Assembly (NCBI RefSeq): GCF_009834535.1
Contig: NC_045707.1
Span: 51,524,001 to 51,588,000, forward strand
From: Camelus ferus
Taxonomy: Eukaryota
Reading direction: 5' to 3'
DNA: 64,000 bases
The notes under the pieces were generated by a model that searched no databases, was not told the origin of the DNA, and worked only from the letters and a program-made list of their open reading frames with translations. The translations under genes and the position numbers were made by a program. Shown here one piece after another: positions 23,520-37,849 of the stretch; position 1 is the first letter of the stretch; each line of letters starts with the position of its first letter.

Positions 23520-24520
23520 ATAGAAGCAATCAAGGGAGCTAATTCCTGTTTCCACCATGAAATCTAGAAACCTATCTGCATATCCATCCATAGTCACAAA
23601 TTTTCTCCTCACTACGGATAAACTATGTGAACTTCTAAGGGCAAGCCTTTTACTTCTGCACTGGGGTCTATCATTTTGTTTTGTTGTTATTGTTGTTACT
23701 GTTTTTGTTTTCCTTGCCAGCACAGGAATCTTGCTTCTAGAGTTGTTTTCGTCTCTACAGCATCATGTAATTTCCCTCCTCTTCTGGGTTATTTTATTAG
23801 CATCAATTATTTACCATCTTAAAAATAAAACCCTTTCACCCCCTATTTCTCTCTGGTCACACATTTCTTTTTACTCCTTAGGGTAAAACGCTTTTTAAAA
23901 AGTTGGCTATACTCCCAGTCTCCATTGAGATTCCTCAATTCCCATTCTCCCAAAACCATGCAGTTTGTACTTTTGTACTTTCATCCTCATCATACTACTG
24001 ACTATTCTCAAGTGCAACATTGATATTCATATTGCTAAATGTAATAATCAATTATCAGTCCACATTTTAGTTAATTTTTTAGCTGCATTACACATACTTA
24101 ACTATTTGTTAAAACTATTTTGTTAATTTCTTTCCAGACTATTTTGTTAATTTCTTTCCAGACTCCAGACTCTCCCTGTTTTCCTTCTTTTTCATTGGCT
24201 ATTTCCTTTGAGTCTTCTTTACTGACCCCTCCTCTCAGTCCAACCTCTAAGCATTTGATTAATTCAGGGCTCAGCCCTCAGGTTTTTGCTCACTATCAAC
24301 ACTCACTCCTCACTCTGTAGATGACCTCACCCAGTCTTTTTATATCCAGATGATTACTGATGCTGTATCTCTAGCCACAATCTCTCCTTGAACTCCAAAA
24401 GCATATACTTTATTCAACTGCTTATTTTACACTTAGATACCTAATATGTACGTGAAATTCAAATAAAGCCTAAAAAGAACTCAATCTCATCCTCATAAAA
24501 ATGCTTTGCCCAAAGTTGTC
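23520..24520 (+). mobile_element. L2 LINE fragments (continuing at ~25150-25590 and ~26040-26310, interrupted by LTRs)
   Basis: L2-like tracts, e.g. cagggctcagccctcagg...ctcatccagtct-like and atctctagccacaatctctccttgaactcca. Confidence 0.55.
24114..24161. repeat. Perfect 24-bp tandem duplication
   Basis: actattttgttaatttctttccag occurs twice in tandem. Confidence 0.9.
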
Positions 24521-24523
24521 TAC

Positions 24524-25133
24524 TCTGGTAGGCAGAATTCTAAGATGACTCTCAAGAGTCTTACCTCCTAGTGTGTGTGTGTGTGTCTCCTTGTATATAA
24601 TCTGTTCCACTTGAGGATCTGTGAAAATTATGGGCTATGACTCCTGTGATTATGTTACAATTTGTGGCAAACAAGATTTTACAGGTGTAAAGTCTCTTAA
24701 TCAGTTGACTTTGAGCTAATCAAAAGGAATATTATCCTAAGTGAAACTGATCCAGTCAGGTCAACAATTAAGAGACAAGAAACAATACCCAGGCTCTTCC
24801 CACCAACCTTGAAGGGATAAAATACCATGTTGTAGTCATGACCACATGATAGAGACCCAAGAGTGGCCTCTAAGCTGAAAACAGTGCTGGCCAACCACAG
24901 CAAAAAACTGGATCTTAGTCTAACAACCACAAGAAACTGAATTCAGCCAAGAACTAGAGAGCTTTGAAGGGGACTCCAAGCCTCAGATGATACTGCTGCC
25001 CTGGCTAACATCTTCATTTCAGCTCTGAACAAAGGGTCAGGCTAATCAGTACTCAGACTATTTATCCACAGAATCCATAAGATAATGAACAGATGTTATT
25101 TTAAGCCACTAAGGCTGTGAAAATTTGTCACAC
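24524..25133 (+). mobile_element. MLT1E/F-like MaLR solo LTR
   Basis: Begins tggtaggcagaattctaagatgac and ends gttattttaagccactaaggctgtgaaaatttgtcaca. Confidence 0.8.
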
Positions 25134-25594
25134 AAATTACTTGGTAGAAAAATCAAACATCCACTTCAAAACCTAGGCCAGCAGCCTTGGAGTCAAACTT
25201 GATTCTTTATTTTCTCAAAGCCCAATGTTATTTCATCAACTGATCTTATGAATTCTCAAAGTATAATAAAAATGGGACCACTTCTTATAACCTCCCTAGC
25301 CTATGATCTCCCTATGACCTAGTTGAAGTCTTATAATATGTTGCCTGAACAGCTGTAATATCTTCTAACCAATCTCTTTGCTTCTGCTCTTGCCCTCCTA
25401 TAGTTATAATTATATGATGTCTCTTTTCTATGCTAAATTTTGTACATGCTTTTTATCATATAAAGAAAAAATCCCAAATTTCTACATGACTATGAGAATC
25501 AAAATGATCTGACTCCTGACTGTTTCTTCTGTATTACCTCCTACCATTCGCCAACTTATTCCCTCTACTAGATGCTCACTGACAGCATTCCTTT

Positions 25595-26035
25595 TGTGGA
25601 CTGAAAAAAATGCACAACCTTAAAGTTGAGAATTATGTTTTATTCAGCAGACTTTCTGAGGATTTCAAGCCTGAGATACAACCTCTCAACTCTGAGGGAC
25701 TGATCTGAAGAGGTAAGGGAAGAGCCAGGATATATAGGAGTTTTGCAGCAAAGACCAGATAGTCAGAACATCAAAAGATTACTGTTAATTAAAGAAAACC
25801 AGGTATCTCAAGTTAATGAATTTAGTGCTTTTCTATGTGTAGGAAGATGCAAGAGTCGGGGCTCATTGAAATCATTCCTTTGATGTGCACCTTAAATATC
25901 TAGGGCCAGTATCCTGTTCTTTCCCATTCTGAGTCCCTTCTGGGTGCACTTTTCGGGTTGGCGGTAGTAACTGATGGCTTGTTGGCCACAGCATCTTTTG
26001 TTTACTGACATGGCAGGCGACATTTTTAATCCACA
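25595..26035 (-). mobile_element. ERV1-class solo LTR (MER41-like, tentative)
   Basis: TGTGGA...TCCACA inverted termini, 4-bp TSD CTTT, and minus-strand TATA (cctatatatcc) and AATAAA. Confidence 0.88.
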
Positions 26036-26749
26036 CTTTCCTTGAATATGACAAGCTTATTTTCACCCCAGGGCCTTTGAATATCCTGTTTCCTCTGCCT
26101 GTATGCTAATACTCCAAATTTTGTTTGATTTTCCCATTCATTTCATTTGGATCTTTGCTTGAGTTTCTTTTCAGGAAGGACTTCTTTGATCACCTTATCT
26201 ACAATGCACTCTGCCTCCCTCATTTTTCTCTCTTCTTTAGCCTGCATTACTTTTGCATTATAGTAAATATTTATGTAATTACTTGTTTAATGTCTGTTTT
26301 CTTTTACTAAAAAAAGAAGAAAGTCTATATATCACCCAAACCTAGAAAGATCATAACATTGATCTTGCATATTAAATCTTTCTTAGATTTATTAATATTC
26401 TTTATTTATTTTTATTTATTTATTTATTCCTATTTTATAATGCTTATTTTTATTTCTTAGATTAATAATTTATTAATCTTTCTTAGTTTTGCTCCAGAAT
26501 GAATAACTAATTGAAGTCTGCCAAATGAATGAATCTAAGCTTTCCTTCCTTAGAACTGAATAAGATATTTAAGACTTTGCAATGTTTTGTATATGTAATG
26601 TATCACACATGATTTATGATTTGGTTGGAAAAGCTAAGCAATCTTTGCTTGTTGGTTATTAGGATATTACTAACGTCTATGTCACATATAACATATAGTC
26701 ATATATTTCAAATATTAACATGCATAAAGATTATATTAAAAACAGTTTT

Positions 26750-26870
26750 ATATGCAGATTCTTAGACTCCAACTCCAGAAATTCTGAAAAAAAAATTCTC
26801 AGGTGTGAGCTAAGAATTTATCATTTATCAGAAATATCCTAGAGATTCTGATGCAGGTGGTCCTCAAATA
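26750..26870. mobile_element. MER5-like hAT fragment
   Basis: atgcagattcttagactcc...ccagaaattctga...gattctgatgcaggtggtcctc. Confidence 0.6.
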
Positions 26871-27121
26871 CAGCCTGATTAGCACAATTAGCACATATAA
26901 TATATGTCTAAAATATACTTTTTTATTCAGCCAACTAATTGTGTTCCTGCAATTTGCCAGTTACTTTGCAAACACATAAATCACTAAGCATGTGCTTGAT
27001 GGCTTGTAAAATGTATTTGAACTAAATCTATTTGCTAGAGAGTGGTAATTTCTTGATTTTTCACCTTTACTTGTATCTCATTTGAGATCTTGAGTTTCTC
27101 TCATGTTATCTAATGTTCCAG

Positions 27122-27425
27122 AACTGTGCTGTCCAGTATGGTAGGTATTAGCCACATACAGCTATTGGGCACTTGAAATGTGACTTTTTCAAACTTGACA
27201 TGCGCTGAAAGGGTAAATGTATATGTATATTGTAATGATAATTTTTAAAAAGTAAACAATCTTTTATTATTGATTAAATGGTCAAATACTATGTGGGATA
27301 CCTTGGATAAAATAAATATGTTATTAAATTTAATTTTGTCTATTTCTTTTACTTTTCTGATGTGGCCACTAGAAAATTTTAAAATTAAATACGGGCTCAC
27401 ATTATATTTCTATTGGACAGAGATG
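27122..27425. mobile_element. MER33/MER3-like hAT-Charlie element
   Basis: gctgtccagtatggtag..tagccacat ... atgtggccactaga ... ctattggacag termini, flanked by ttccaga repeats. Confidence 0.75.
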
Positions 27426-29060
27426 TTCCAGAGAATGACTACTTTTTATTGCTTTAATAATTAGTTCAGGGAGACAGCAATTTTTTCTTCAACAAATTTA
27501 AAGTGCTTTTGCAATCCTAATAATGCTTAGATCTTTGAGCAACCTTGACATTTTAAATTATGATTATCTCCAATTATTTTCACTGTAGATGTACTTTAGT
27601 CATTGCTCTTCAAGTATCTGTGGCGTGCCAACCTCTAATGAACAAGAGCATTCTTACACATAAGATTTTAGCATTACCTTTCTCATTCCAAATTTAATTT
27701 GTTTATACAATTTTTATAATTTTTTCTTAAATGGGAAAAATACTTTATATAAACAAATAAAATTAAATGATAGCACTAATGATAACATACAGAAAAGTAA
27801 ACCTAGTGTTGAGGAAAGAAAAGCTACATGTATTTGAGGTTTGGAAATTCCTTGTGGTCCTTCAATTATGTAAAACAAATTAGAACCATATATCAAAGCT
27901 GATGTATAAATAATGAAAAAGAGGAAAATGAAAATACAGATAGGACTGATCACCAGCTGTGCTGGCACGTCTTTGAGAACAATTAACTTCAACTAGATAA
28001 TAATGAGTGGAGGAAAATGATAAAATTGATTATTTTATAAAATAAATATATCAATTATTTTAAAGTAATCCTTTGTATAGAAAAAGAGAAAGTTGTATTT
28101 CTTATACCGTTTGAAAATTTAGATCCTTTTATATACAACTAATTTTGTTTACACTTTTGTTTGTTACATTGCTTCATACAATGTAGAAATTTTCTTCTTC
28201 TTCAAACATACATAAATAATTCAGTTTCATTGGCTTAAATCATTCACAGTGCGCTTTCAGTTGAATACCAAAAATGAGTCACTATGCAATTATCTAATAC
28301 CAAATTCCAATGAATTGAATAAATTGAATAAAGTGAACAGCAGAATAACAGATGATAAGAAGTCTACATTGAATGCCCATTTTAACCTAAGTAAAGCTCC
28401 AAATAATTAAAAAATTGCTTTCTACCATTATAATGAGCTAAAGAAGAAACAGAAATGTCACAAAGATATCCTCAAAATGTTTAATAAGATACATTTTCCA
28501 CAATCACAGAGAAAGTCAAGCAAACATATTGGTTGTGCTCTGCATCTTAATATGGCTAAATCTTAAAATGTAATCATGAAAAAATCAGTATTGACTTGAC
28601 ATAATCATGGATCATTTAAATGAATTAGTCATTACTCCATCATGAAATTAATTTAGGCTAATTGTTTAATAGGATATTCCATAAAGGTCAATGGAACTCA
28701 TGATCTCTTTGTAATGATCTGTTTGCCTCCCCCACTAGGCTAGCACCTAAGCACAGTGTATAATGCATAATACAGTCTCAATAAATTATTGCTAAATAAA
28801 TGACTAAGTGAAACCATGAGTGGATAAATGAATGTCTTTGACAGCTTAGAGATACTCATATTTTGAAGTCAAAGAAGAACTGGTTTAGGTGACTTCATGT
28901 TTGGGTATTTCTTTACTTACCCAAATACTTCCAATAATTCACTCTTCTAGATGATTTTCACTTGTGTATATCTGATGTTTTGGTCTGCTTAGCAACCACT
29001 TCTTTTTCTTTCTTTCTTTCTTTTTTTAAGAGACACTTTCTCTCCAATGAGAAACTTACT

Positions 29061-29215
29061 GCATGCATGCATGCATGCATACATACATACATACATACAT
29101 ACATACATACATACATTTATTTATGTATTTTTGTATGTATGTATGTATTTATTTAATTGAAGTACACTCAATTACAGTGTGTCGATTTCTGGTATATAAG
29201 CACAATGTCCCAGTC
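29061..29215 (-). mobile_element. Short camelid L1 3' tail with adjacent (GCAT)n(ACAT)n microsatellite
   Basis: ttaattgaagtacactcaattacagtgtgtcgatttctggtata is an L1 3' end on the minus strand. Tetranucleotide repeats lie at 29061-29115. Confidence 0.7.
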
Positions 29216-32200
29216 TTCCATTGCATACATTTTAAATGAGGTTTAACCTTTAACTAAGGTTAGTTGGAGTAGGCTATTGAGTTACTTTAATAGGTGGCTA
29301 TTGAAATAGGTAAATAATCCCTAATCGGTTAATAGGAGGAAGCTGATTGTTGGAGTTCTGACTAGGATTTTTTTTATCCAAAGATTTAAGAATGTAATTT
29401 ATCATCTACTTGTTGTGCTTAAAGTAAATTCTCCTTTGTCTTGAACATCCCACTTATATGAACCAATATAATTCTTCCTGCTTAGGATAACTTGAGATAG
29501 GTTTCTGGCACTTTTAGGTATGACCCTTTCTCATTCTTTGACTATAAACACTTTGTGAGTTTATTTAGCACTTCATTCATTTATTCATTAAACATTTTTT
29601 GAGCGCCTGCTGAGAATTAAATGTCTGGTTCTTTACGAGGTGCTAAATATACTGAGATAAATGATATTAAATTCCTGTCTTTGAAGAATGAAGGTTGGAG
29701 GCATGCAGGGAGAATGTTGGGGCTTGACTGGAGGAAAGTACTATGCAAAATGGTGTGGGAACACAGAAAGAAAGTAAGGACTAAATCGGCTTCTTGAGAA
29801 GGACTTCCAAGAGAGTTTAGATCTGAACTGTGTTTTTTAAATAGTGTGGCAATTCATGAAAGGGTAAAGCAGTTTTTCTCTGCTGTATTTTTATTAAATT
29901 TTGTATATATTTTAATAAGCATTCAGTGATTCTAGCTCATATCAACCGTGTTTGTTTAATAATTATCCTTCTATTTTCTCTTCTCCATATCTCTATTACA
30001 GGATAATTAATTTATACTTACAAAAAATTTCCCAAAAACATAAGGTCCAACATTAGAGACACAGTTTGTGACTTCAATATGTCTTCATCATCCATAGATG
30101 AAAAGCCAGCTATTCACAAGGACACTGCATATCCTGCAGCCAATATTATTTTTCTCTTGAACCTCAGAAATAACTTCAACAGCAGATATGCCACTATTTG
30201 AATGGTGGTATAGAAGCCAATTTAATTTTAAAATTCATAGAGAAAGCAGGTTAAGTGCTACAGAGTCAATAATTTTAATTACTTTGCATTTTTCTTCAGT
30301 TGATCAAATGCAAAGAGAAGCCATCTAGGTCTTTGTTTTATGTATGGTCTCCATATACCTTAGAGTGTCTGGAAGAAAGGCATTTTCTGTGGAAGAGGGG
30401 CAGGAAAATGTATCAGAGTAGCTCTCACTACCATGGGATAAGACACACAGTTTAATTGAAAGCAACTGAAGAATAGACGAAAAATATCATCCATTAGAAG
30501 AACATCATTTGGGTGACAATAAATTTAAGCAACACTAAACATTTTCCCCAACTAGAGGAAAGTTATTATTTTGGATGCTAAGAACATTTTCTCAGTCTGG
30601 ATTTTAGTACACATACACTCATATGTGCACATTCATATACACCCACATTCACACAAACACAGTCCCACATATCCCATGTGTCTGTGTGTGTGTGTGTGTG
30701 TTTATGTGTATCTATATATATACACAATGGTGCACATCATTTATACACTAAAATTACATATTTAATTTTATGTGTTCACATATGCAGTTTTAGTGCACAA
30801 ATAGTGATTCTGTAAACAATCAACATTTAGCATTATTTTGGAGGGGATGGAGCTTACATTTTAAATAATGGCATTTTGTTTAATCAGGTTCATAATTTCT
30901 TTCCATAGGACATACTGGAAAATCTCTGAACCTCAGAAACTATAAGCAACATGTCCTCAAGATACACTGCTTCTACATCAAGCAGGTAGGAGTCACATCT
31001 GCATTTGTCTGATGCTGCAGTCAACACCCTATTATACTATGAGAGAGGTAACATAATGCAGTCTAACACAAAGAACTGTGAATGCATGTGATTCTTATTT
31101 GGAAGACTAATTTTAATGTAAGGATGAAAATTTATAATTGCCAAACTAATTTGTCATAGTTAATGAATGGTAACTATCACAGGTACTTAAACTATCTTCC
31201 TAAATATTTTGTATTATACCTGTCAAATCGTAGTAGTGCAATTATTTTACACTTTGATTTTTTTCAAATAAAGTTTTTCAAATAAAGGTTTTCAAAGTAA
31301 AGTTTAACTTTAGCCTTATACCTTAATATATTTCATGCAATTTTATATCTATGACTGAAAAGACTTATACTGTTTGAGATGCCCAAAGAGGCCATATAGT
31401 GTTCTAGGTACTGTATAAATCTTGAGTAGCAATAAATTAAAAAAAAATGAATTCTTGCTTAACTTTTATTCTCCAGGGATTCTGTATGTCAACATTTACT
31501 AATCTTAATTTATCTAACTTTATTTTTAATTTTATCTTTTTTAAAATTTTTTCTTTCTTTATTTAACTCAGGAAATTTTCATGAAAAAATAATGTATTTA
31601 TTATTAGAAACATTTGAGACTTCTCAAGCCTCAAGCAGCATAAAAGATAGCTGTGTATTTAAAAATGCAAAGAATGCAGACTTCTAGGTAATTGCAAGAC
31701 AACAGAAATAGAGGTGCTAGAGTCTAAAATTTGAGGAGAATTAGTTTTTGAGTACTGCCCTACATTATATCTCTCTGGAGAATTTATTGTTTAAAACCAT
31801 GCTATATCTGTACCTGTAAATACTACACTAAGCCTGGTAAATGCACATCAGATTTACTTAAAGCATTTCATACCACTTCATAGGACCTCATGATCTGCTG
31901 TGACTTTACCATAGACCTCTAGTTTCTTCATATTTTTGTATCATATTAACTGTTATTAATCTCAGTAGCTCTATCTTCATTTTAATAAATTAATTAATTT
32001 CTTAATTAATTCTTATACTAACATCCATTTAAACAGCTACTTTGGGCAAGGGCCTGAGGAGGTGGGAGTTATACAAAGATAAGTAAGATGTCATTCAAGG
32101 AGGGGAAACAGTCTTTTGACAAAATAATTAAAATATGGCAAGATAAGGTTATGATAGACACATGAAAAAAACAGATTGGTGAGATGATGTCAGCCAAGCT

Positions 32201-32658
32201 TTGCAGAGAAAATGAGGTTTAAGCTTAGACTAGTGGATATGAAATATGTTTCTGTTGGGTGCAGAAAAGGAAGGTGAACAATCCAGGTAAAGGGAGTGGA
32301 ATGTGACAAGGCAATGAGACTTCCCCGCGTTGTAGAGTCTATACAGCCTGTGAGAGATGAGTTTCTGGATTTACACTGCAGCGGGTAGGAAGGAGACATG
32401 AAACGTATTAATTGAGAGAATAGAATAATCTTACTTTTATATTAGACAAATAACTGGGAGCACTGTAATGAATGAATTGGAGGAGTGGAGACTAGAGGCA
32501 AGAACATTGTACAAATAGTGTGGAAGCAAGATCTTGAGTGGTCTCTGAATTAAAACAATGGGCAAGCAGATGGAGAAGGCAGATAGGAATTTACTGATGT
32601 ATAGATAGTAAGCAACAGTTACTGATTAGATGTTTGCGTTATGGAATATGAAGAGAGG

Positions 32659-33119
32659 TATGAAACAAAATTCATATTTTATGGCAAGAGAAGAAAAATT
32701 TAAACGAAAAAATCTCTCTACCCTTTGGCCTCCTCTCTCCCCACACTGTGCATTATGTGTCTGCATTATGCATTGGCCAAACATCCCCTAGGAATACCTG
32801 CTCAATCATGAAGAGCAACATTCTCCTAGAGCCAGCAAGACAACTCCTTAAAAGATAACATTCCTTCTCAATCTTATAAAAGGCCACAATGACCCGTGAC
32901 CCACTGCTGGCTGGATTGTGTAAATTGCCAGTAATATGTACAGCCTTACAACTTAATGTACAGCCCTCTACCTCAAAATATTATATAACTGTGCTTTAAC
33001 CTCTAGCAGGTGGAACAGTTCTCCAGTTTTCTGAAAGTCTAGTCCTGGGTCATTATCCTCAGTTTCGCTCGAATAAAATTTTCCATTTCTTAGATTGACT
33101 GATTAATTTTTCATTGACA
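32659..33119 (+). mobile_element. ERV1-class solo LTR
   Basis: 4-bp TSD GAGG (32655-32658, 33120-33123), TATATAA near 32982, AATAAA at ~33072, and an end at ...ttcattgaca. Confidence 0.85.
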
Positions 33120-33505
33120 GAGGGTAGCCTTGGGCTTTAGTGACTGACTGCCTTAATTCTTACATTCATTTATTCAGCAAATATGTGTTAAGTAGTATCT
33201 TGAGAAAGAGCTAAATAAAACTTAATTGCCTCACACCTTGTAGACAAAGACACAAAAACAGTCTAAGGAAGAGGAATGCTTAAAGTTACAGCAGAATTCA
33301 TACATAACTAACTGTTCAGTATATTTAAACTTAGAGATGATTTTTATCCCTGAAATAATGTCTTGCTTTACCCCTTTATAACTCTGCTATTTCTTGGGAC
33401 GATGTTTTTATTGCTCAGATTTTTGTGTTTCTTCTTCGAACTTAGCATGACAATATACCACCATTACCATCCTGGAGGTGTCTTCATTTGCAGAGCATTA
33501 TTTAC

Positions 33506-33646
33506 TCTATTAAATTACTAGGGCTGCTATAACAAATTACCATAAACAAGGTGGCTCAAAGCAACAGAAATGTATTCTCTTACAGTTTGGGAGGCTAGAA
33601 ATCTGAAAACAAGGTGTGGCAGGGCAGTCCTCTTCCCACCTTTAGG
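33506..33646 (-). mobile_element. MLT1 MaLR LTR, 3' part only
   Basis: Minus strand reads ccctgccacaccttgttttcagatttctagcctcccaaactgtaagagaatacatttctgttgctttgagccacc...gcagccctag. Confidence 0.85.
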
Positions 33647-34818
33647 TCCATAATTTCCCTTTTTCTAGAGCATTCACTTTTAAGAACTGGTAATTGTAAT
33701 TTTTTCCTTTGCCCTATTGATATGCAATATGCATATCTCATATCCTTTCCCTCCTCTGACTCCTTAATGGGGTAAGATTCTGGTAGATGTTGGGTCATAC
33801 AGCTGTGCTTACTCTTCTCTGTCCCCAGGAATTTTTTTAAGGTTCTCAAGCTGGTCCGTGTCTTAGCTGACTCAGGAAGGGTCATAAAACAACATATTGG
33901 GCTCTCATAGCCCCTAAATTTGGCACTGAATTTGTCCAGTTCAAAAATGTATAGGCTGCAGTTTCTTCTAAGCTCATTCGGTATTTCCTTCCTTCCCTAA
34001 AGTCTCTTCCCCATTCCTGACACATTTTCAGGGATTCCCATTTGCTGATATCATTACTGAACTAGTGGGAATTAGACTGGTAAGGTTTCTACATTTTTGT
34101 TTTTCTCTTGCTCTGTGGAAAGGATAAAAGAGTTTCATGTTCTCGCTTTTCCTAGTTGGAGACCACTTTCCAGATTTGCTGAAGAACTAATGCCAACAGG
34201 CCTTCTCTCAGAATGACTATCCATCTGGTCTCTTCCCTTACAACAACTTATACATTTCCCTCTGAATCACCATTCTCTTTCCATTTTATAGCATGGCAGG
34301 TCACTGAATGCATGAGGTTGTGTAGGTCAACCATTCCTTCCATGTCTCTAGTTTTTCTCGAGCAGAATTCCTGAGACAGCACTAAGACTTTCTGCATTGT
34401 ATTTTTACACTGTATACCCAAATTTCTCAGACAGCAAAAGCTATGTAGCATTCTTGGCATTTTGTCATATCAAATATTTTCCCTGAGTTTAATGGTGCTT
34501 CTAAGGAATAGAGGTAAGGTAAACTATGAAGTATAGAAGAATGGATATAAGGTTGTTCTGAACTATCTTGATTAATAAAATATGATGCCATTGATTAATA
34601 TGTGAATAGGAGGAGGTTTTGAGATTAATTTAGTTGGCTTAGGTTACAAACATCTGAATAGAGAGGAATCTCCCCAGTGTTTTCACCTCCCAGTCTCCTT
34701 AAGGTCCATCAACTCATCCACATTGTCAACAAAGTGACATTCTAACCTTACTAATATAGGGAGGGCTCTCATTACTCAACCTCTGTCTCTTAGCTCTTCT
34801 TAACCCTATGCTTTAGAA

Positions 34819-35039
34819 GAGGAGTCAGCGTATTATGATTTGTGAGCCAAATCTAGCCCACCACCTCCTTTTGTAAATGCAATTCTATTGGAATACAGCC
34901 ACACCCATTGATTTGTATATTATCTGTGGCTGCTTTTGCTTAACATTGGGAGTTGAGTAGCTGCAACAAAGACCATGTGACTTGCAAAGCCTAAAAATAC
35001 TTAATTTCTGATCCTTTACAGAAAGTTTGCTGACCCCTG
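34819..35039 (+). mobile_element. MER58A hAT-Charlie element
   Basis: gagccaaatctagcccaccacc...ttggaatacagccacaccc...tttacagaaagtttgctgacccctg. Confidence 0.85.
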
Positions 35040-37211
35040 TTTTAGATAAAATAAAGCCGGATTATATACGTCCACTTTCCTTTGTTCACATTGAACTCTA
35101 GACTTGGAATCCTCTCCTACTCTTTCTTAACCCAATCATCTAAGTTTAGTTGACAGAATTCAACTTATCTTTTAAGATTTGGGAAAGAGAAATACGGGCA
35201 CACTTTTTACTTTTGTTATTGGAAATTCTTTCAGTTTCCTTATAAAACTTACGTGTAAATTTAAATAATTACGTGGTGTATCTATATTAGGTCAGCAATG
35301 TGGATTAAATACTGTAAGTGTGAAGAGTTTCCTGAAAGAGCTGAAGGGGGGACACAGAAAATGGTTTCACGTTTCTCCCATTAATGCTTTCTTCCATGTT
35401 CTATGAGGTTTAACTCCCAAACCTTTGGCCAGACTCCATCCCACACTGGGAAGATTCTGTAGCTTTGTGGTAATTTTTAAGCATAAGAACAGTTTTATTT
35501 TTTGATATTAAAATCTCCGTTCTATTTAAATAAAAATGTCAGTCTCCTATACAATTTAAGCCTTCTCCTGTTACCCTTTATTAAAACTAATCAGAGGTTA
35601 AGGAATAGAAAAAAGAAGTTATGGATTATTCTTTCTTCTTGCTCCATTTTTCTCCCTTTTACCTTTCTGAATCTTTCCTAGTCTCCAAGTTTGGGGGAAG
35701 GATGGATGGCAGGATTAGATATTTTTATATTATTAATGCTGTTTTTACCCTCTCTTGGTTGACTCTTGCTTCCCTCTGTTATGACAAGCATCCAGATTAT
35801 TTCACAGAGACACATTTGAGTTTTGCAGATACCTTCCTGTGCTAACCTCTGTAAGATACCATTACTCTGACTATCTTTGTGATTGCACCCCATCTTCCAG
35901 ATCCTACCATCAATGGTAGACCCCACTATTTCTTCTGGTACCACTTTTCAAGAAAGCAACTCTCTCAGATATAACCTCCTCATATCAGCCCAACTACATA
36001 AACCCTCTGTTTTCTTCATCTTAAGGAACTCACACATGGTGTCAAATGGTGGAATTCACACAGTATCAAGTAGTGCAAATGCAGCTTGATCAGCTGTTCA
36101 CGCCTCACCATATAATGCCTGATGGCTCCAGGCAACTTCCTGTATTCTTTTTTTTTTTTTTTCAGGAGAGGAGAATGTATCAGGTAGTTCATATATATTC
36201 CCAAACTCAAGGGGGCATATTTCAACTTTTCCTCAAACTTACTTCTCGCTCACTTGAGATGCCCTACTACTTTACAGAGAGAAAGGAGAAGAAATCAAAG
36301 AAGAACCATCACCAATCCTACCTACTTGCTTTATCTATACATGACCTGTCTTTTCCTTTTTTCTCTTTGTCTTTATATTTCTAAAGCCCATCTCTCAATT
36401 AGTGCCCTTCTACACTGGCAAGGACTATGGACTGTCTATTATCTTCTCTTTTTTATCATCAATCTTTTTCTTTCTATTTGCTCCCTTTCAAAACCTTTAA
36501 CATGCTTGAATTGCTCACATTTTTTAAAATAAAGAAAAACGAAACAGTCTCCCTGGAATAATTCCACCATGCCTCCAGTCTCTTCTGTCCACTCCCTTTA
36601 AGAAACTGAACTCTTGAGAGAATATAGTACTCTCTCTATTTTTGCCTCACATTCACTGCAATCTGTCACTTAACTCAAAGTGCTAAAATTCCCTTATGTA
36701 ATTGTAACTCGATATTAAATTTGAAGTATCTCAAAACACCAACATACAATACATATGATAACCTGAAGGGAGGTACTAACTAAGTAATAACATTTAAAAA
36801 TCAAGTGTTAGAGAAGGGCTTAGATAACTCTTATAAGCTGTCAAACACATAGATACTATGAAAAAGTCTGGAGTTGAAGATTAGAGAGGATTTGAGCAGG
36901 AAGATTTATTTAAAGAGAGTTGCTGCATTGATCTGCACACCCAACCCCTCCCCTCAAGAGAGAGGTAAATTCCTTGTTTCCTTACCTCAAAACAATAGAC
37001 AAGAACAAAAAAGGTGCTAGAGACCTTAATATGTGTCCATAGTGATTTTTTATGTGTCCGTAAGTCGGTTTGTCTTCCACCTAGTAAATCTAAAGGAGCA
37101 GAGAATGGCTTTTAGCTGATAGATCAGTCCAATGATTTCTGCACTTTTAAACATTGTTAGGGGAAAGGACACATATTTTTAATGAATCAGTGATACAATA
37201 TACAAGAGCAA

Positions 37212-37743
37212 TGTAGGGGAGCAGAATTTGCCACCTCAAAATATGGGGTTTTTTTGCATATTATTTTTTTAAGCTGGTTGTTTTCTAAGAAACAGCATAC
37301 AGGGGGAAAACTCTGATAACCAAGTGGGACTTATGCATTTGTAAAAAACATTTACATTTATAAGGGGAATTTTCATTTGTATGTGTGTCCCCTTCCTGTA
37401 CTAGGAAGAAGAGGATGACCAAACCCCTAGAAACTTGTATCAAGGAGAAGGCAATGACTTAAATCTGCATGACAATCTTGTTTACTGTGCTTTCCCTGGT
37501 AACCTCCCATAGCTGACTCTCCCTATCCTCAACAACCTCTTTTATTTTTAGCTAAGGATGGTATTTAAGGTTAGGGCTTCAGCTATTCTGGCACGTTACT
37601 TAGATTTTCTGGGTCTTGCTCATGTATATACATTATTAAACTTTTGTTTTATTTTCTCTCATTAATCTGTCTCATGTCAATTTAATTCTTAGACCAGCCA
37701 GAGAAGGCTGGAAGGGTAGAGGAAAATTTCTTCTTCCCCAACA
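37212..37743 (+). mobile_element. ERV1-class solo LTR (MER34/LTR39-like)
   Basis: Start TGTAGGGGAGCAGAATTTGCCACCTCAAAATAT, ATTAAA signal, end cttccccaaca, TSD gcaa/tcaa. Confidence 0.85.
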
Positions 37744-37849
37744 TCAATAAGAAAGTAAAGAGGAGAGAGAGAAAGACTTAGACTCTATCCAATATGACCA
37801 ACAGGGAAGAAAACAGGTATTAGTAAAGAGAGCCAAAGATATTAAAGAT

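Noticed and set aside
30015..30200. Exon-like segment (minus-strand GTAAGT donor; plus-strand pyrimidine tract plus AG)
   Set aside because: All three minus-strand frames contain stops and the plus strand gives only a short unrecognisable ORF. At most a non-coding exon, unsupported.
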